The notes under the pieces were generated by a model. The model did no database searches. It was not told the DNA's origin and saw only the letters and a list, made by a program, of their open reading frames with translations. Shown here in pieces: positions 9,055 to 19,333 of a stretch of 64,000 nt of DNA. Where the stretch lies: contig JBEKKK010000001.1 in assembly GCA_050010755.1 (NCBI GenBank), positions 512,001 to 576,000 of the forward strand. Reading direction: 5' to 3'. Each line of letters opens with the position of its first letter. The first letter of the stretch is position 1. Position numbers and translations under genes: made by a program. This DNA comes from Candidatus Bathyarchaeia archaeon. GTDB lineage: Archaea; Thermoproteota; Bathyarchaeia; Bathyarchaeales; Bathycorpusculaceae.

Positions 9055-9897
9055 CTAAAGCGGATTCCGCTGGAGCCTAAAGTCAGCCCCAATGGTTCGA
9101 TATTCAAGCTTAGCGGTTAATAACATTCGCCTCTTGTGCTCTGCGGACAGCCATCTATGTTTAACCTCGTCGATCAAATCCTTCTTCATACGAAGTTGAA
9201 CTGCTATCTCCTCGGTTCTCATGAAACGTTCTAGTCCAAAGAGGATGAGGTCGAGTTGCTCGTATTTTATGCCGAGCTCACTCTCTGCGAGTTGACCTGG
9301 CCACAAGGCTGGAGTCGATGGCTTTTCAACTATCTCCTCTGGAATGCCGATGTGTTGAGCCAGTTTTCGGACTTGTGTCTTGTACAAATCCATTATCGGC
9401 GAAATGTCTGCCGCAACATCTCCCCACTTGGTGAAGTAGCCCATCATCGTTTCCGACTTGTCCGAGCTCCCACACACGATCAAATGGCACCTGTTTGCGT
9501 AGTAATATACGTAAATCATTCGCGTTCTCGCCTTTACGTTGCCTTTGCTGAGTTTATCGCTCGGTTTGAAGATTGGCGCTGAGCCGTAAAAGGACTCCAA
9601 TGTAGGCGTGATGTCAACCGCTGCTGTTTTAAACGCGAACTCTTTAGCGACAAGCTCGGCATGTTTGACATCTTCGGTTCTGCGCGTCTCTTTCTCGAAA
9701 AGCATGAGCCCTAGAACGTTGTCGCCACCGAGGGCACGTGCGGAAAGGGCTGCTATGGTGCAACTGTCGACGCCGCCTGAAAGCCCTAAGACCACGCCTT
9801 TGGCTTTGGATCTTTCAACATAGTCTTTGATGAAACGGCAAATCCTCCTGTCAACTTCTGGCCAGTCTAGGTTCAGAGCCTGGGCGGTCAGCTTCAA
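9055..9897 (-). CDS. nadE: NAD+ synthetase
   Basis: GLSGGVDS PP-loop, NVKARTRM, GYFTKWGD, PSTPALWPGQ; start TTG 9897 or GTG 9906 (ORF-track extension to 10038 overlaps elf1). Confidence 0.93.
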   Translation of the reverse strand: MKLTAQALNLDWPEVDRRICRFIKDYVERSKAKGVVLGLSGGVDSCTIAALSARALGGDNVLGLMLFEKETRRTEDVKHAELVAKEFAFKTAAVDITPTLESFYGSAPIFKPSDKLSKGNVKARTRMIYVYYYANRCHLIVCGSSDKSETMMGYFTKWGDVAADISPIMDLYKTQVRKLAQHIGIPEEIVEKPSTPALWPGQLAESELGIKYEQLDLILFGLERFMRTEEIAVQLRMKKDLIDEVKHRWLSAEHKRRMLLTAKLEYRTIGADFRLQRNPL

Positions 9898-9993
9898 CCG
9901 TTGCACCTTCAACGTGTATGGTTGTAGGCAACTATTTAAGGACAAACGTAAATATGGGAGTGACTGCATCGGGCTGAGCAGAAGGATCTGATG

Positions 9994-10260
9994 ATGGGAA
10001 GAAGAAGGAAAAAGGTTGTTCGCATTCCCAAGAAGCATTTGCCGAAACTCTTCTCGTGTCCCAGATGCGGGAAGGAGTCAATCAGAGTGGAGATATCGCG
10101 GGACCAGGGGCGTGCATTGGTGGCCTGTGGCAGTTGCGGCCTGAAGGATGAGTTCCCGATCAAACCCGCGCAAGGCGAGATTGACGTTTACTGCATGTTT
10201 ACTGACAAGGTTTACGGTGGTTCCAGAACCTCTCCAACATCCGCGATTAAGAGTACTTGA
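9994..10260 (+). CDS. elf1: Transcription elongation factor Elf1
   Basis: MGRRRKK...LPKLFSCPRCG...CGSCG...IDVYCMFTD zinc-ribbon pattern. Confidence 0.9.
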   Translation: MGRRRKKVVRIPKKHLPKLFSCPRCGKESIRVEISRDQGRALVACGSCGLKDEFPIKPAQGEIDVYCMFTDKVYGGSRTSPTSAIKST

Positions 10261-10274
10261 TGAGGCCTTTTGGT

Positions 10275-11030
10275 ATGTTGTTTGGAAATGTTGAGAAATA
10301 CCTCCTTGACAAAATCGAGTCCGAAGGCTCAATCCACATAACCCTCATAGATCCTGAAGAAGTGACTCCTCCACAGGCTTCCAGAATCGTGAACAAGGCG
10401 AAACTGAGCGACACCTCAGCGATAATGATCGGTGGTTCAACGTTCGTTTCCTCGGCGCATCTTGATGACGTGGTCAAGGCTGTGAAGCGGACCGTGAAGA
10501 TTCCGATAATTCTCTTTCCGAACAACGTGACGGGGATAAGCCGTTACGCCGATGCCATTTGGTTCATGTCTCTCCTAAACTCTGTTGATCCATATTTTCT
10601 GATTGGGGCCCAGATTCTGGGGGCGCCTTTAGTCAAGAAGTTTGGTATAGAACCCATCCCCCTCGGCTACCTGATAGTCGGTGAAGGCGGCACAGCGGGT
10701 GTCGTGGGCAAGGCAATTCCAATCCCTTACAACAAGCCTGAACTCGCCGCGGCACATGCGCTCGCTGGGCAGTACCTCGGGATGCGCTTCATTTACTTGG
10801 AAGCAGGTTCAGGAGCGAAGAATCCGGTTCCCCCGGAAATGATTAGGGCTGTTAGGCACTACGTTGACGTTCCCATGATTGTGGGCGGCGGCATAAGATC
10901 ACGAGAGCAAGCTTTGGCAGCTGCCTCGGCAGGTGCGGATATCATAGTTACAGGAAACGTCGTGGAAGAATCTGGCATGAGACGCCGAGTTTCAGAGATT
11001 ATTGAGGGCATAAAGCGCGGCAGAGCGTGA
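10275..11030 (+). CDS. Geranylgeranylglyceryl phosphate synthase (GGGPS, group II-type)
   Basis: HITLIDP, IMIGGST, ILFP, YLEAGSGA, VGGGIR, TGN. Confidence 0.93.
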   Translation: MLFGNVEKYLLDKIESEGSIHITLIDPEEVTPPQASRIVNKAKLSDTSAIMIGGSTFVSSAHLDDVVKAVKRTVKIPIILFPNNVTGISRYADAIWFMSLLNSVDPYFLIGAQILGAPLVKKFGIEPIPLGYLIVGEGGTAGVVGKAIPIPYNKPELAAAHALAGQYLGMRFIYLEAGSGAKNPVPPEMIRAVRHYVDVPMIVGGGIRSREQALAAASAGADIIVTGNVVEESGMRRRVSEIIEGIKRGRA

Positions 11031-11136
11031 AAGTGCCCCTGTTTTTGTGTAGAATCCGCACGGAATAGATCTCCTTTGACGGCTGGCTTTTGTCTTTTTT
11101 CTGTGAGAAAGCAGAAATAAGCTCTCCTCTAACAGA

Positions 11137-14100
11137 ATGGATTGCGAGGGGGAGAATTTGAACGAGCAGATGAGCGAGGGTTACAAACAGTACGTGGAGT
11201 CATTGGAAGCCAGGCTTGAACAGCTTTATGCAATAAGCAATGAGGCTAGAGAGAAAGGACTCGATCCCTCGTTGAAGACTGAGTGCATAGTCGCCAAGGA
11301 CTTGGCCGATCTAGTGGAGGGACTCGTAGGGCCAGAAGGCGTTGCCACGAGCATTCGGGATCTGAGCTCCAAGCTTCCTCGAGAGGAACTCGCCTTCAAA
11401 GTAACTGAAGAGATAATCTACGGCAAATTCGGCCATTTGGAAGCCGAAGCCGCCGCTGAACAAGCCATACGAACGGCTTTGGCAATTTTCACGGAGGGAC
11501 TGACCGCTGCTCCAATTCAGGGAGTGGCAAAAGTCTGCATCAAAACGAACAGCGATCACACACGCTATCTTGCCATCTACTTTGCCGGGCCCATACGATC
11601 AGCGGGCGGGACCGATCAGGCCCTGACACTGGTTGTAGGAGACTTCATTCGAAAGCAGCTGGGGCTTGACCGCTACAAGCCGACTGAAGAGGAGATATCA
11701 CGATTCATTGAAGAACTGAGAGTCTACGAGCGATCCGTGACGGGTTTCCAATACCACATTCCCGACGACGAGCTACGGAAAGCGCTACAGTGGATTCCCG
11801 TAGAAGTAACCGGCACCGAATCTGACCCTATTGAAGTTTCTTCTTACCGAAACCTCCCGCGCATAGAGACGAATCGTGTCAGAGGAGGGGCTCTCAGAGT
11901 AGTGAACGACGGCATTGTGGGAAGAGCGCAGAAGGTTCTTAACATTATTGGAAAACTCGGTTTCCAAGGATGGGATTGGCTCACAGAGCTTCACGTTAAA
12001 TCTGAGAAGAAATCTGCAGGCTTCATGGACGACGTTATCGCTGGCAGGCCAGTGTTTTCGTTTCCCTCTAGACGCGGTGGTTTTCGCTTGAGGTATGGTA
12101 GGTCGCGTAACACCGGGCTAACTGCCGTTGGCATAAGCCCAACAACTATGCTTGTGCTGCAAGGTTTTCTTGCCGCAGGAACCCAGCTGAGGATGGAGCT
12201 TCCTGGAAAAGGAGGAATCGCCATCCCTGTCGACGCATTGGAGGGCCCAGTGGTTCGTGTGAACGACGGATCCGTCTATCGAGTCAGCAGTGAAAATTTT
12301 GGCGTGATAAAAGACAAGATTAAGAAGATTCTGTTCTTGGGGGACATCCTCATCAGCGTTGGAGACTTCCTATACAGTGGTAAACTGCTCGAGCCTTCGG
12401 GATACGTTGAAGAATGGTGGGCTGAAGATATCAACAAAAGTATTGTTGAGAAATACGCTGGAAACCTTGAAGATGCTGGCAAGGCCACCAAGATCCCCCC
12501 GGATAAACTGAAACTCTTCATAGAGAACCCCTTCATCAACAAGCCTAATTTCGCAGAAGCCGTGACCCTTGCACTCACTTTGAAAGTGCCTCTGCATCCC
12601 TCTTTCACCTTCTTCTGGGCGAATCTCACTTCGGTTGACGACATCACACTGTTAAGAAAATGGCTCCTCAACTCCGAGGCCCAGACTGAAAATGGCTTCG
12701 TGTGCAAGATAACTGGAGAGACAGACCCCAACGTCAAACATTCTTTAGAATTAATTTGCTTACCCCACAGAGTAACCGCCGGCAAGATAGTCATCGCTGA
12801 CGAAGATGCACAAGCACTCGCATTTTGCTTGGGCTACGCGTCTTCGTGCATGCCAGATCTGTCTTCGGCCAAATCCGTTCTTCAAGCTATTCACACGCTT
12901 TCAAGCGTCGAGATAAGGGATAAAGCTCCAACTTTCGTGGGCGCCCGAATGGGGAGACCGGAGAAGGCAAAGAGAAGGGAGATGAAACCGCTCGTTCACG
13001 TTCTATTTCCCGTGGGTCTGCAGGGGGGTTCCCAGCGAGACTTGGTTGATGCTGCAAAAAAGGCGCCAGCGTTCGTGGAAGTCGTCAGGCGAAAGTGTCC
13101 CAACTGTAAGACCTTCACCTTTCGCATCAAGTGTCCCATCTGCGGGGCGGAGACGGTATTCGAGAAGAGTTGTCCAAGATGTGGAAAAATCCTGAAGGAA
13201 AAGGAATGCCCAATCTGCAGGGTGCCTGCCAAGCAGTTTCAGAGGCAGGTTGTTAACTTCAAGGAATCGCTTGAAACTACGTGTGGTTGCTTAGGCGTTT
13301 CTATGCCGAAGATCCTTAAGGGGGTCAAGGGTCTTAGCAATGAGACGAAGACGCCTGAAATGCTCGAGAAGGGGGTGCTGCGTGCAAAACACGGTCTGTC
13401 TGTCTATAAAGATGGGACAATCAGGTTCGATGCCACTAATGCACCGCTGACGCATTTCAAGCCTCGCGAAATCGGGGTTTCAATTGAGAAGCTCAGGGTG
13501 ATGGGGTATAATTGTGATATTTCTGGCGCAAGTTTGACTGATGAGAATCAGATTTGCGAGTTGAAAATTCAGGACGTAGTTATTCCTGCGGCAGGTGCAG
13601 AATATTTTCTGGAGATAGCGAGCTTTACAGACGAACTTTTGGCAAAGGTCTACGGACTTTCGCCTTACTACAACGTCAAACGTGAAGAGGACCTTGTGGG
13701 GCACGTCATCGTCGGTCTAGCCCCTCACACCTGCGTCGGCATATTGGGGCGTATAGTGGGTTTCACAAGCCTGAGCATCTGCTATGCTCATCCGGTTTGG
13801 CATTCTGCCAAGCGTAGAGACTGTGACGGAGACGAAGATACTCTGATGCTCGCGATGGACACTCTGCTCAACTTTTCAAGAGAGTACTTACCCGCCCAAA
13901 TCGGCGGCATAATGGATGCTCCATTGCTCCTGATTCCGGTCGTCAAAACGAAAGATGTACAGAGACAGGCACACGACTTTGATGTTGCGCGCGCTTACCC
14001 CATCGAGTTTTACGAAAAGACATGGGAAGGAGTTGAGGCCAAACAGGCTGGTTCTTACGTAGATCTTATCGGACATCGCCTCGGCAGCGAAGCCCAGTTT

Positions 14101-14574
14101 GAAGGTTTCAACTTCACGACTCCAGTGTCAAACATCAACATGGGAAACTCCAGAAGTGCCTACAAACAGTTTAAAACGATGGTTGAAAAGCTGGACAGCC
14201 AGCTTGAACTAGCAGATAAAATTGAGGCTGTGGACGCGAGGAAAGTGGCCTTGAAGGTCCTGACCAAACACTTCATGCGAGACATTGCCGGAAACCTGCG
14301 GGCCTTCTCAACGCAAGCCTTCAGGTGCAAAGCCTGCAACAGGCACTTCCGACGGCTGCCGCTGCGTGGCAAGTGTCCCTCCTGCGGAGGACAATTGACC
14401 CTGACCGTCTATCGCGGCGGAATCGAGAAGTACTTGGAGGCGGCTCAAAGCTTGATTGACAGATACGATCTGCCAAAGTATTACACGCAGAGAATTTCTC
14501 TTATCAAAGAAGAGATCAAGGCCCTGTTCGATAGCAAGAAGCAAAAACAGATTTGTCTAACAGACTTTGCTTAA
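11137..14574 (+). CDS. polC: DNA polymerase II (PolD) large subunit DP2, no intein
   Basis: YFAGPIRSAGGT, FRLRYGRSR, RMGRPEKA, KRRDCDGDED catalytic motif, CxxC zinc fingers, C-terminal PIP-like QICLTDF. Confidence 0.97.
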   Translation: MDCEGENLNEQMSEGYKQYVESLEARLEQLYAISNEAREKGLDPSLKTECIVAKDLADLVEGLVGPEGVATSIRDLSSKLPREELAFKVTEEIIYGKFGHLEAEAAAEQAIRTALAIFTEGLTAAPIQGVAKVCIKTNSDHTRYLAIYFAGPIRSAGGTDQALTLVVGDFIRKQLGLDRYKPTEEEISRFIEELRVYERSVTGFQYHIPDDELRKALQWIPVEVTGTESDPIEVSSYRNLPRIETNRVRGGALRVVNDGIVGRAQKVLNIIGKLGFQGWDWLTELHVKSEKKSAGFMDDVIAGRPVFSFPSRRGGFRLRYGRSRNTGLTAVGISPTTMLVLQGFLAAGTQLRMELPGKGGIAIPVDALEGPVVRVNDGSVYRVSSENFGVIKDKIKKILFLGDILISVGDFLYSGKLLEPSGYVEEWWAEDINKSIVEKYAGNLEDAGKATKIPPDKLKLFIENPFINKPNFAEAVTLALTLKVPLHPSFTFFWANLTSVDDITLLRKWLLNSEAQTENGFVCKITGETDPNVKHSLELICLPHRVTAGKIVIADEDAQALAFCLGYASSCMPDLSSAKSVLQAIHTLSSVEIRDKAPTFVGARMGRPEKAKRREMKPLVHVLFPVGLQGGSQRDLVDAAKKAPAFVEVVRRKCPNCKTFTFRIKCPICGAETVFEKSCPRCGKILKEKECPICRVPAKQFQRQVVNFKESLETTCGCLGVSMPKILKGVKGLSNETKTPEMLEKGVLRAKHGLSVYKDGTIRFDATNAPLTHFKPREIGVSIEKLRVMGYNCDISGASLTDENQICELKIQDVVIPAAGAEYFLEIASFTDELLAKVYGLSPYYNVKREEDLVGHVIVGLAPHTCVGILGRIVGFTSLSICYAHPVWHSAKRRDCDGDEDTLMLAMDTLLNFSREYLPAQIGGIMDAPLLLIPVVKTKDVQRQAHDFDVARAYPIEFYEKTWEGVEAKQAGSYVDLIGHRLGSEAQFEGFNFTTPVSNINMGNSRSAYKQFKTMVEKLDSQLELADKIEAVDARKVALKVLTKHFMRDIAGNLRAFSTQAFRCKACNRHFRRLPLRGKCPSCGGQLTLTVYRGGIEKYLEAAQSLIDRYDLPKYYTQRISLIKEEIKALFDSKKQKQICLTDFA

Positions 14575-14617
14575 CAAGGCTTTTCTACGCAGAGTTATAC
14601 AATATCTATGAGCATGC

Positions 14618-14890
14618 ATGTTGAAGGAGACTTACCATCCGAACGCTTACTTGACAAACGTGAGGAATGTTCGCCTCGGGCTCAGGGCTCGAACCAAGAT
14701 ATTGAACGCCCTAGAAAGAGGCTCTGGCAACACAAGAGAAATTGCAAATGAAGCTGCGATTCACTACGGTGTTGCCATGCACCATTTGAAGCTTCTTCAA
14801 TCCGAAGGCATAGTGCGGCGCGCAGGTGGAAAAAACGCTGTTTGGACGATTACGGGAACTGGACAGAAACGCCTCGCAAACGCGGCCTAG
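14618..14890 (+). CDS. Small winged-helix (ArsR-like) protein
   Basis: RTKILNAL...TREIANEAAIHYGVAMHHLKLLQSEGIV. Confidence 0.75.
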   Translation: MLKETYHPNAYLTNVRNVRLGLRARTKILNALERGSGNTREIANEAAIHYGVAMHHLKLLQSEGIVRRAGGKNAVWTITGTGQKRLANAA

Positions 14891-15174
14891 AAAGTGCACT
14901 TGCATGGTGAGTATCCACATTTTGGACATTTATGGTTGTATTTTGCGAGGGCTGCAATCTCAAGGTTCACCCCAGTGATATTTGCCAAAGAAGCCAGCCA
15001 TGCAATAACATCAGCAAACTCCTTCTGTAACTCTTCCTTGTCGTTTCCGTTCAATGCTTCGCCGAGTTCCTCAACTTCATCCACGAGCCATTCGTAGGTT
15101 CCAGCCACTCCGCGCTCTGAGTCTCGGTGCAGGTACAATTGTTTCATCATTTCCTGGAATTCCCTAATGTGCAA
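14887..15174 (-). CDS. MazG-like nucleotide pyrophosphohydrolase
   Basis: WLVDEVEEL...EFADVIAWLASLAN, C-terminal CPKCGYSPCKC. Confidence 0.88.
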   Translation of the reverse strand: MHIREFQEMMKQLYLHRDSERGVAGTYEWLVDEVEELGEALNGNDKEELQKEFADVIAWLASLANITGVNLEIAALAKYNHKCPKCGYSPCKCTF

Positions 15175-15285
15175 GTTTCCATTTCCTCCTCTTTGTTTGA
15201 GAAGAGAGGGCCAAAATCAAAGATAACCGCTTCGGCCGGCAGACAGCTGAGCGATTCTGTGCTTCTTTGAAAGGTTCGTTTATGC

Positions 15286-16602
15286 TTACCGGATTTTGAT
15301 GTACTTGTAGGCTTCTGTGGCGTTCTCGAAACAGTAGCGTACTTTCTGGTATTCTTTTCTGAATTCAGCAACGTCCGCGCGCACTTTCTCCAAGGGCTCT
15401 TTGTTGATTATCACACGTTTGACGAACTCCGCGATTTCCACCATCTCGCTCTCTTTCATTCCGAGCCTCGTAACTTCTGAAACGCCCATTCTTATGCCGC
15501 CTGGGTGCATGAAGTGTCTTCCTTCCTTGATGTCGTATGGCAGCAGGTTTCTGTTTATGATTACGTTCGCCTTTTCCAGAGTCTCTTCGATTGTGCCACC
15601 GTCACCGTGTTTAACTATGTCAATTAGAATGACGTGAGACTGCGTGAACCCCTTGTGCTCAGCGAGAACGTTGAAGCCCCTTTCGTAGAGCGCTTGTGCC
15701 AAGGCCTTGGCGTTCTTGACCACCTGGGCTGCATATTCGTTTCCGAATTCAATCATTTCTGCGCATGCAACTGTCAGCCCTGCGACTGCATGCAAATGAT
15801 GATTGCTCACCATTCCTGGAAACGTTGCTTTCTTTATCTTCTCGGCATTCTTCTCCCAGGACAGTATTCCCCCGTGCTGGGGTCCGAAGAATGTCTTGTG
15901 TGTGCTTAAGCTCACAACGTCGGCGCCCTCTCTTAGAGGGTCTTGGAATTTGCCGCCCGCAATCAACCCTGCCACGTGTGCTGCGTCGTAGCCCGCCGTG
16001 GCGCCTGCTGCATGGACGGTTTCGGCCAGTTCTTTGACTGGGTGCGGAAATGGAAAGACGCTCGCGCCGAACATGACGAACTTGGGCGGCTTGCCTTTTG
16101 CCGTGAGCTCCTTAATCTTCTCCTTGGCCTTGTCAACATCTATGTTCAACTCCTTATAGTCCAATGGAAGGTATTCGACGATTAAGCCTTTAACTGCGCC
16201 TGCTGTGCCTCCAAGCTCCTTCTTGCCTGAAGTTATGTGACCGCCGCTTGGAATGGACAAGGCAAGCAGCGTGTCTCCAGGTTCGGTGAAGGCCGTGTAA
16301 ACGGCCAAATTCGCTACAACACCTGAAACAGGCCTGACGTCCACAAATTCGGCGGTGAAAAGCTTTTTCATGAGTTCGATGCACTTGAACTCCACTTGGT
16401 CGATGAAGCGGCATCCTGCGTAAACTCTTTCTCCCGGCCAGCCTTCGGCGTAACGGTTTCCAAAATCCGTCATCAGAGTCTCCCGCACGGCAGGACTCGG
16501 GATATTTTCGCTTGCTATCAGTGGAATGCTCTCTTGAAACCACTTGTGATGCTGCTGAAGTAGGTCAAAAACGTGGTCGTATTCATCTCTAGGAGACGGC
16601 AT
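15286..16602 (-). CDS. glyA: Serine hydroxymethyltransferase
   Basis: LIASEN, YAEGWPGERVYAG, DAAHVAGLIAG, STHKTFFGPQHG. Confidence 0.96.
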   Translation of the reverse strand: MPSPRDEYDHVFDLLQQHHKWFQESIPLIASENIPSPAVRETLMTDFGNRYAEGWPGERVYAGCRFIDQVEFKCIELMKKLFTAEFVDVRPVSGVVANLAVYTAFTEPGDTLLALSIPSGGHITSGKKELGGTAGAVKGLIVEYLPLDYKELNIDVDKAKEKIKELTAKGKPPKFVMFGASVFPFPHPVKELAETVHAAGATAGYDAAHVAGLIAGGKFQDPLREGADVVSLSTHKTFFGPQHGGILSWEKNAEKIKKATFPGMVSNHHLHAVAGLTVACAEMIEFGNEYAAQVVKNAKALAQALYERGFNVLAEHKGFTQSHVILIDIVKHGDGGTIEETLEKANVIINRNLLPYDIKEGRHFMHPGGIRMGVSEVTRLGMKESEMVEIAEFVKRVIINKEPLEKVRADVAEFRKEYQKVRYCFENATEAYKYIKIR

Positions 16603-16719
16603 CTTAACACCTTGTTGCAGTTGATTATCCGCTCCTCAGAAATAAAAAGTCTTTGAAGCGACACAACGTTAATAATGGAGAAACAACACAAATTAACCAA
16701 AGAATATTGAGGATTGATC

Positions 16720-16890
16720 ATGAGCGGCAAGAAGAAGAAAGACAAAAAGAAGGCGCCAATGCCCGCTGCTAGCGCTGGGCTGCTCAGGTTTTTTGAAGAG
16801 GAAACTGAGGGCATAAAGGTCAGACCAGAACTCCTGATCGTGATGACAATCTCTTTGATAGTTGTCGTAGCCTTAGCGCACTCGATCTAG
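16720..16890 (+). CDS. secG: Preprotein translocase Sec61beta/SecG subunit
   Basis: Not in ORF track; 56 aa MSGKKKK...AGLLRFFEEETEGIKVRPE followed by one TM helix. Confidence 0.9.
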   Translation: MSGKKKKDKKKAPMPAASAGLLRFFEEETEGIKVRPELLIVMTISLIVVVALAHSI

Positions 16891-16899
16891 ATGCACTTC

Positions 16900-17187
16900 T
16901 TATCGGTGAGAAGGTCCGTGTATTACTTCTATCCGCTGCACTGAATTGAGGTGCACGAATATCTCGCTTCTCTCTTCTCTGCTTGCGACCTGCGGTATAG
17001 GCTGAGCGATGGTTGCGCGCATGATGACTGCCTCCGCGTCTGAGAGCCATATTCCAGCAGGTTCACGGGTCACGGCGGCCAAGGTGCCCTCAAAACCGTA
17101 GGATGCATCCAATATCACCCGTATCTGTTTTCCTACGTTCTTCTCGAGCATGTGAAATATCGTTAAGGGCAAGTCTTGATCCGTCAT
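16900..17187 (-). CDS. Divergent Sm/Lsm-like protein
   Basis: LEKNVGKQIRVIL..YGFEGTL..IWLSDAE..IFVHLNSVQRI follows Sm1/Sm2 layout but lacks canonical RNA-binding residues. Confidence 0.6.
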   Translation of the reverse strand: MTDQDLPLTIFHMLEKNVGKQIRVILDASYGFEGTLAAVTREPAGIWLSDAEAVIMRATIAQPIPQVASREERSEIFVHLNSVQRIEVIHGPSHR

Positions 17188-17430
17188 TGTTTTCACAAAA
17201 CCCTGAGATACGCTTAAACACTAAAGCTGTTCCTCTATAAATATACGCTGTTCAGGTAACACTCTCAATTACCCTAGAAATGCTCAGCTCCAAAGTTCAC
17301 TTCAAATCCAGCTCATAACACTGCCAATTGTTCTTGAACGGCGCTTGAATAGTGATTTGGAACCGCGGTTTCGCTACAGTTTAATATCCTTCGGATATTC
17401 TCTTAGGAACGTCACCGCAGAGGCATTTGA

Positions 17431-19275
17431 GTGGAAGCTGAGGATTCGCTGAAACAGTCCATGGATGTTGCCGTTGAACGCTATTCGTCACTGTTCAAGC
17501 TACCCTCAGCGCGAAAAGTGCCACTACTACTCTTGCTTCTGTGTGTTGGAGGTGGTCTACTTTCAACAGCGATTCTCTCCTCCCTTCTCAAGGGTCTGGA
17601 AAACGGCTTGGAGGACGGTCTGTTCCTAGGCCTAAGTATTTTCTTCGCAAGTCTTTTTGCTGATTACATCATCAGCGCGCTGCTCCTGAAGAAGGACGCA
17701 GTCTTTGATCTGAGGAGAACCATGGCGCTTTCGATTTTCTGCTGGGCCGTGTGGCTTTTGTTCCTGTTTATCGGCGCTGCAATTAGTGCGGCAACGTCTG
17801 ATTTGAGATGGTGGATGCGACTCAGTCTCTTAGGGTTCTCGGCGGCGCTGATTCTTCGTTTCATAGTTTTCAATGCAGTTTCTTCAGCGAGTCGCAAGAG
17901 GCAGTTCGCGGCTTCTTTTCTTCAACCTTTTCTGAGCGTGGTTCCGTTTCTTGTTTTCTGGACGAGAATAGGTCCTCCCGTCGCTGTCACCGTCAACATG
18001 GTTGCCTTCCTGTGTTCTTCTGTCGTCATCGGTTTTGCGGCGAGTTTCAGCTTTCTCTTTCTTCTGAACCAAGTAAGTAAGCAAGCCGTTGGGCTTCAAT
18101 CTTTAGCGCTTTTCAGAGCGTTCATGCTTAGCTGGGTGTCGAACCTGAACCCACCGTTCGAAGAACTCCTTGAGGAGCTGGGCGAAGAACGGGAAGTTGA
18201 GGTTTCTCTGATGAAGTTTAGTTCTTCCCGACCAAAGGCAATAATGGTCGTTCCTTTAGTGCACCCGGGACCCTTCAAGAACATTGGAAGCAGCCTCATG
18301 CCGGCTATGCTCAAGACTTGCTTGGAAAAGGAACTCGGATGCGTGGCATGCGTCCCTCACGGGTTGTTTGGTCATGAATACGATTTGGCCTCGCAAGTTC
18401 AAAACATGAAGGTCATTTCCGATGTCGTAGCATCCGCGAAAAGCTTGGAAACTCAATACAAGAGTGCCTCTGCGTTTCTGACGGTCAGCAACGGTCTGGC
18501 CACTTCTTGCTGCCAAGTCTTCGGAAAATCCGCGTTCATATCTTTCACGCTTGCACCAAAAACCATCGAGGACCTGCCAGGGGAGTTGGAGAAATTTGTG
18601 CGCGAAGAAGCTGAGAAGCGCGGTCTGGGTCTCTGCGCGGTCGTAAACGCGCACAACAGCATCGATGGAACAGAGGAAGTGCAGGAATCTTTAGCTTCAT
18701 TAAAGGATGTGGCAACCAGATGCTTGGACAGCGCACTGTTGCTTAAGCAATCGCCGTTCGAAGTCGGCGCGGCCTCTGTGTTGCCCAAGGAGTTCAGTCT
18801 TGAAGACGGGATGGGATCCGGCGGGATCACCGTTACCGTGCTAAAGACTGATCAGCAAAAGGCTGCGTTCGTCGTCATCGACGGTAACAACATGGTCTCT
18901 GGGCTGCGCGAACGAATTCTTTCATCGCTACGTTCGATGGGAATCGATGAGGGCGAGGTATTCACGACCGATACGCACGAGGTGAACGCTTTGGTATTGA
19001 CTTCACACGGTTATCACCCTGTCGGCGAGGCCATAGAAAACGAAAAACTCATAGCTTACATCAGAGACGCGACCAGCTCCGCATTGGCCAACCTGGAGTT
19101 TGTGGGGGTCTCATTTTGCAACGTTAAGATTCCTAACGTGAAGGTCGTCGGAGCAAAACAGCTTGAGACGTTGTGCCTTTTGATAGATAAAACGCTTCGA
19201 AGAGCTAAGAGAGCAGCTGTCCCAATCTTCGGTATCAGCGGGCTGCTTCTTATGTTGCTTTTGTTGTTTGTTTGA
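17431..19275 (+). CDS. DUF2070-family membrane protein
   Basis: N-terminal TM bundle then VHPGPF, HG..GHE.D, NAHN, DGNNM, TTDTH motifs. Confidence 0.8.
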   Translation: MEAEDSLKQSMDVAVERYSSLFKLPSARKVPLLLLLLCVGGGLLSTAILSSLLKGLENGLEDGLFLGLSIFFASLFADYIISALLLKKDAVFDLRRTMALSIFCWAVWLLFLFIGAAISAATSDLRWWMRLSLLGFSAALILRFIVFNAVSSASRKRQFAASFLQPFLSVVPFLVFWTRIGPPVAVTVNMVAFLCSSVVIGFAASFSFLFLLNQVSKQAVGLQSLALFRAFMLSWVSNLNPPFEELLEELGEEREVEVSLMKFSSSRPKAIMVVPLVHPGPFKNIGSSLMPAMLKTCLEKELGCVACVPHGLFGHEYDLASQVQNMKVISDVVASAKSLETQYKSASAFLTVSNGLATSCCQVFGKSAFISFTLAPKTIEDLPGELEKFVREEAEKRGLGLCAVVNAHNSIDGTEEVQESLASLKDVATRCLDSALLLKQSPFEVGAASVLPKEFSLEDGMGSGGITVTVLKTDQQKAAFVVIDGNNMVSGLRERILSSLRSMGIDEGEVFTTDTHEVNALVLTSHGYHPVGEAIENEKLIAYIRDATSSALANLEFVGVSFCNVKIPNVKVVGAKQLETLCLLIDKTLRRAKRAAVPIFGISGLLLMLLLLFV

Positions 19276-19333
19276 GCCAAGGCTAATAAGGTTGAAGTTT
19301 TTCATGTTTAATTTCTCACCGGAGGGGTAAGCA

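Noticed and set aside
9898-10038. N-terminal extension of NadE
   Set aside because: Overlaps the elf1 promoter and gene; no NadE-like sequence
13800-13840. Known DP2 intein insertion site
   Set aside because: KRRDCDGDED is contiguous; no intein
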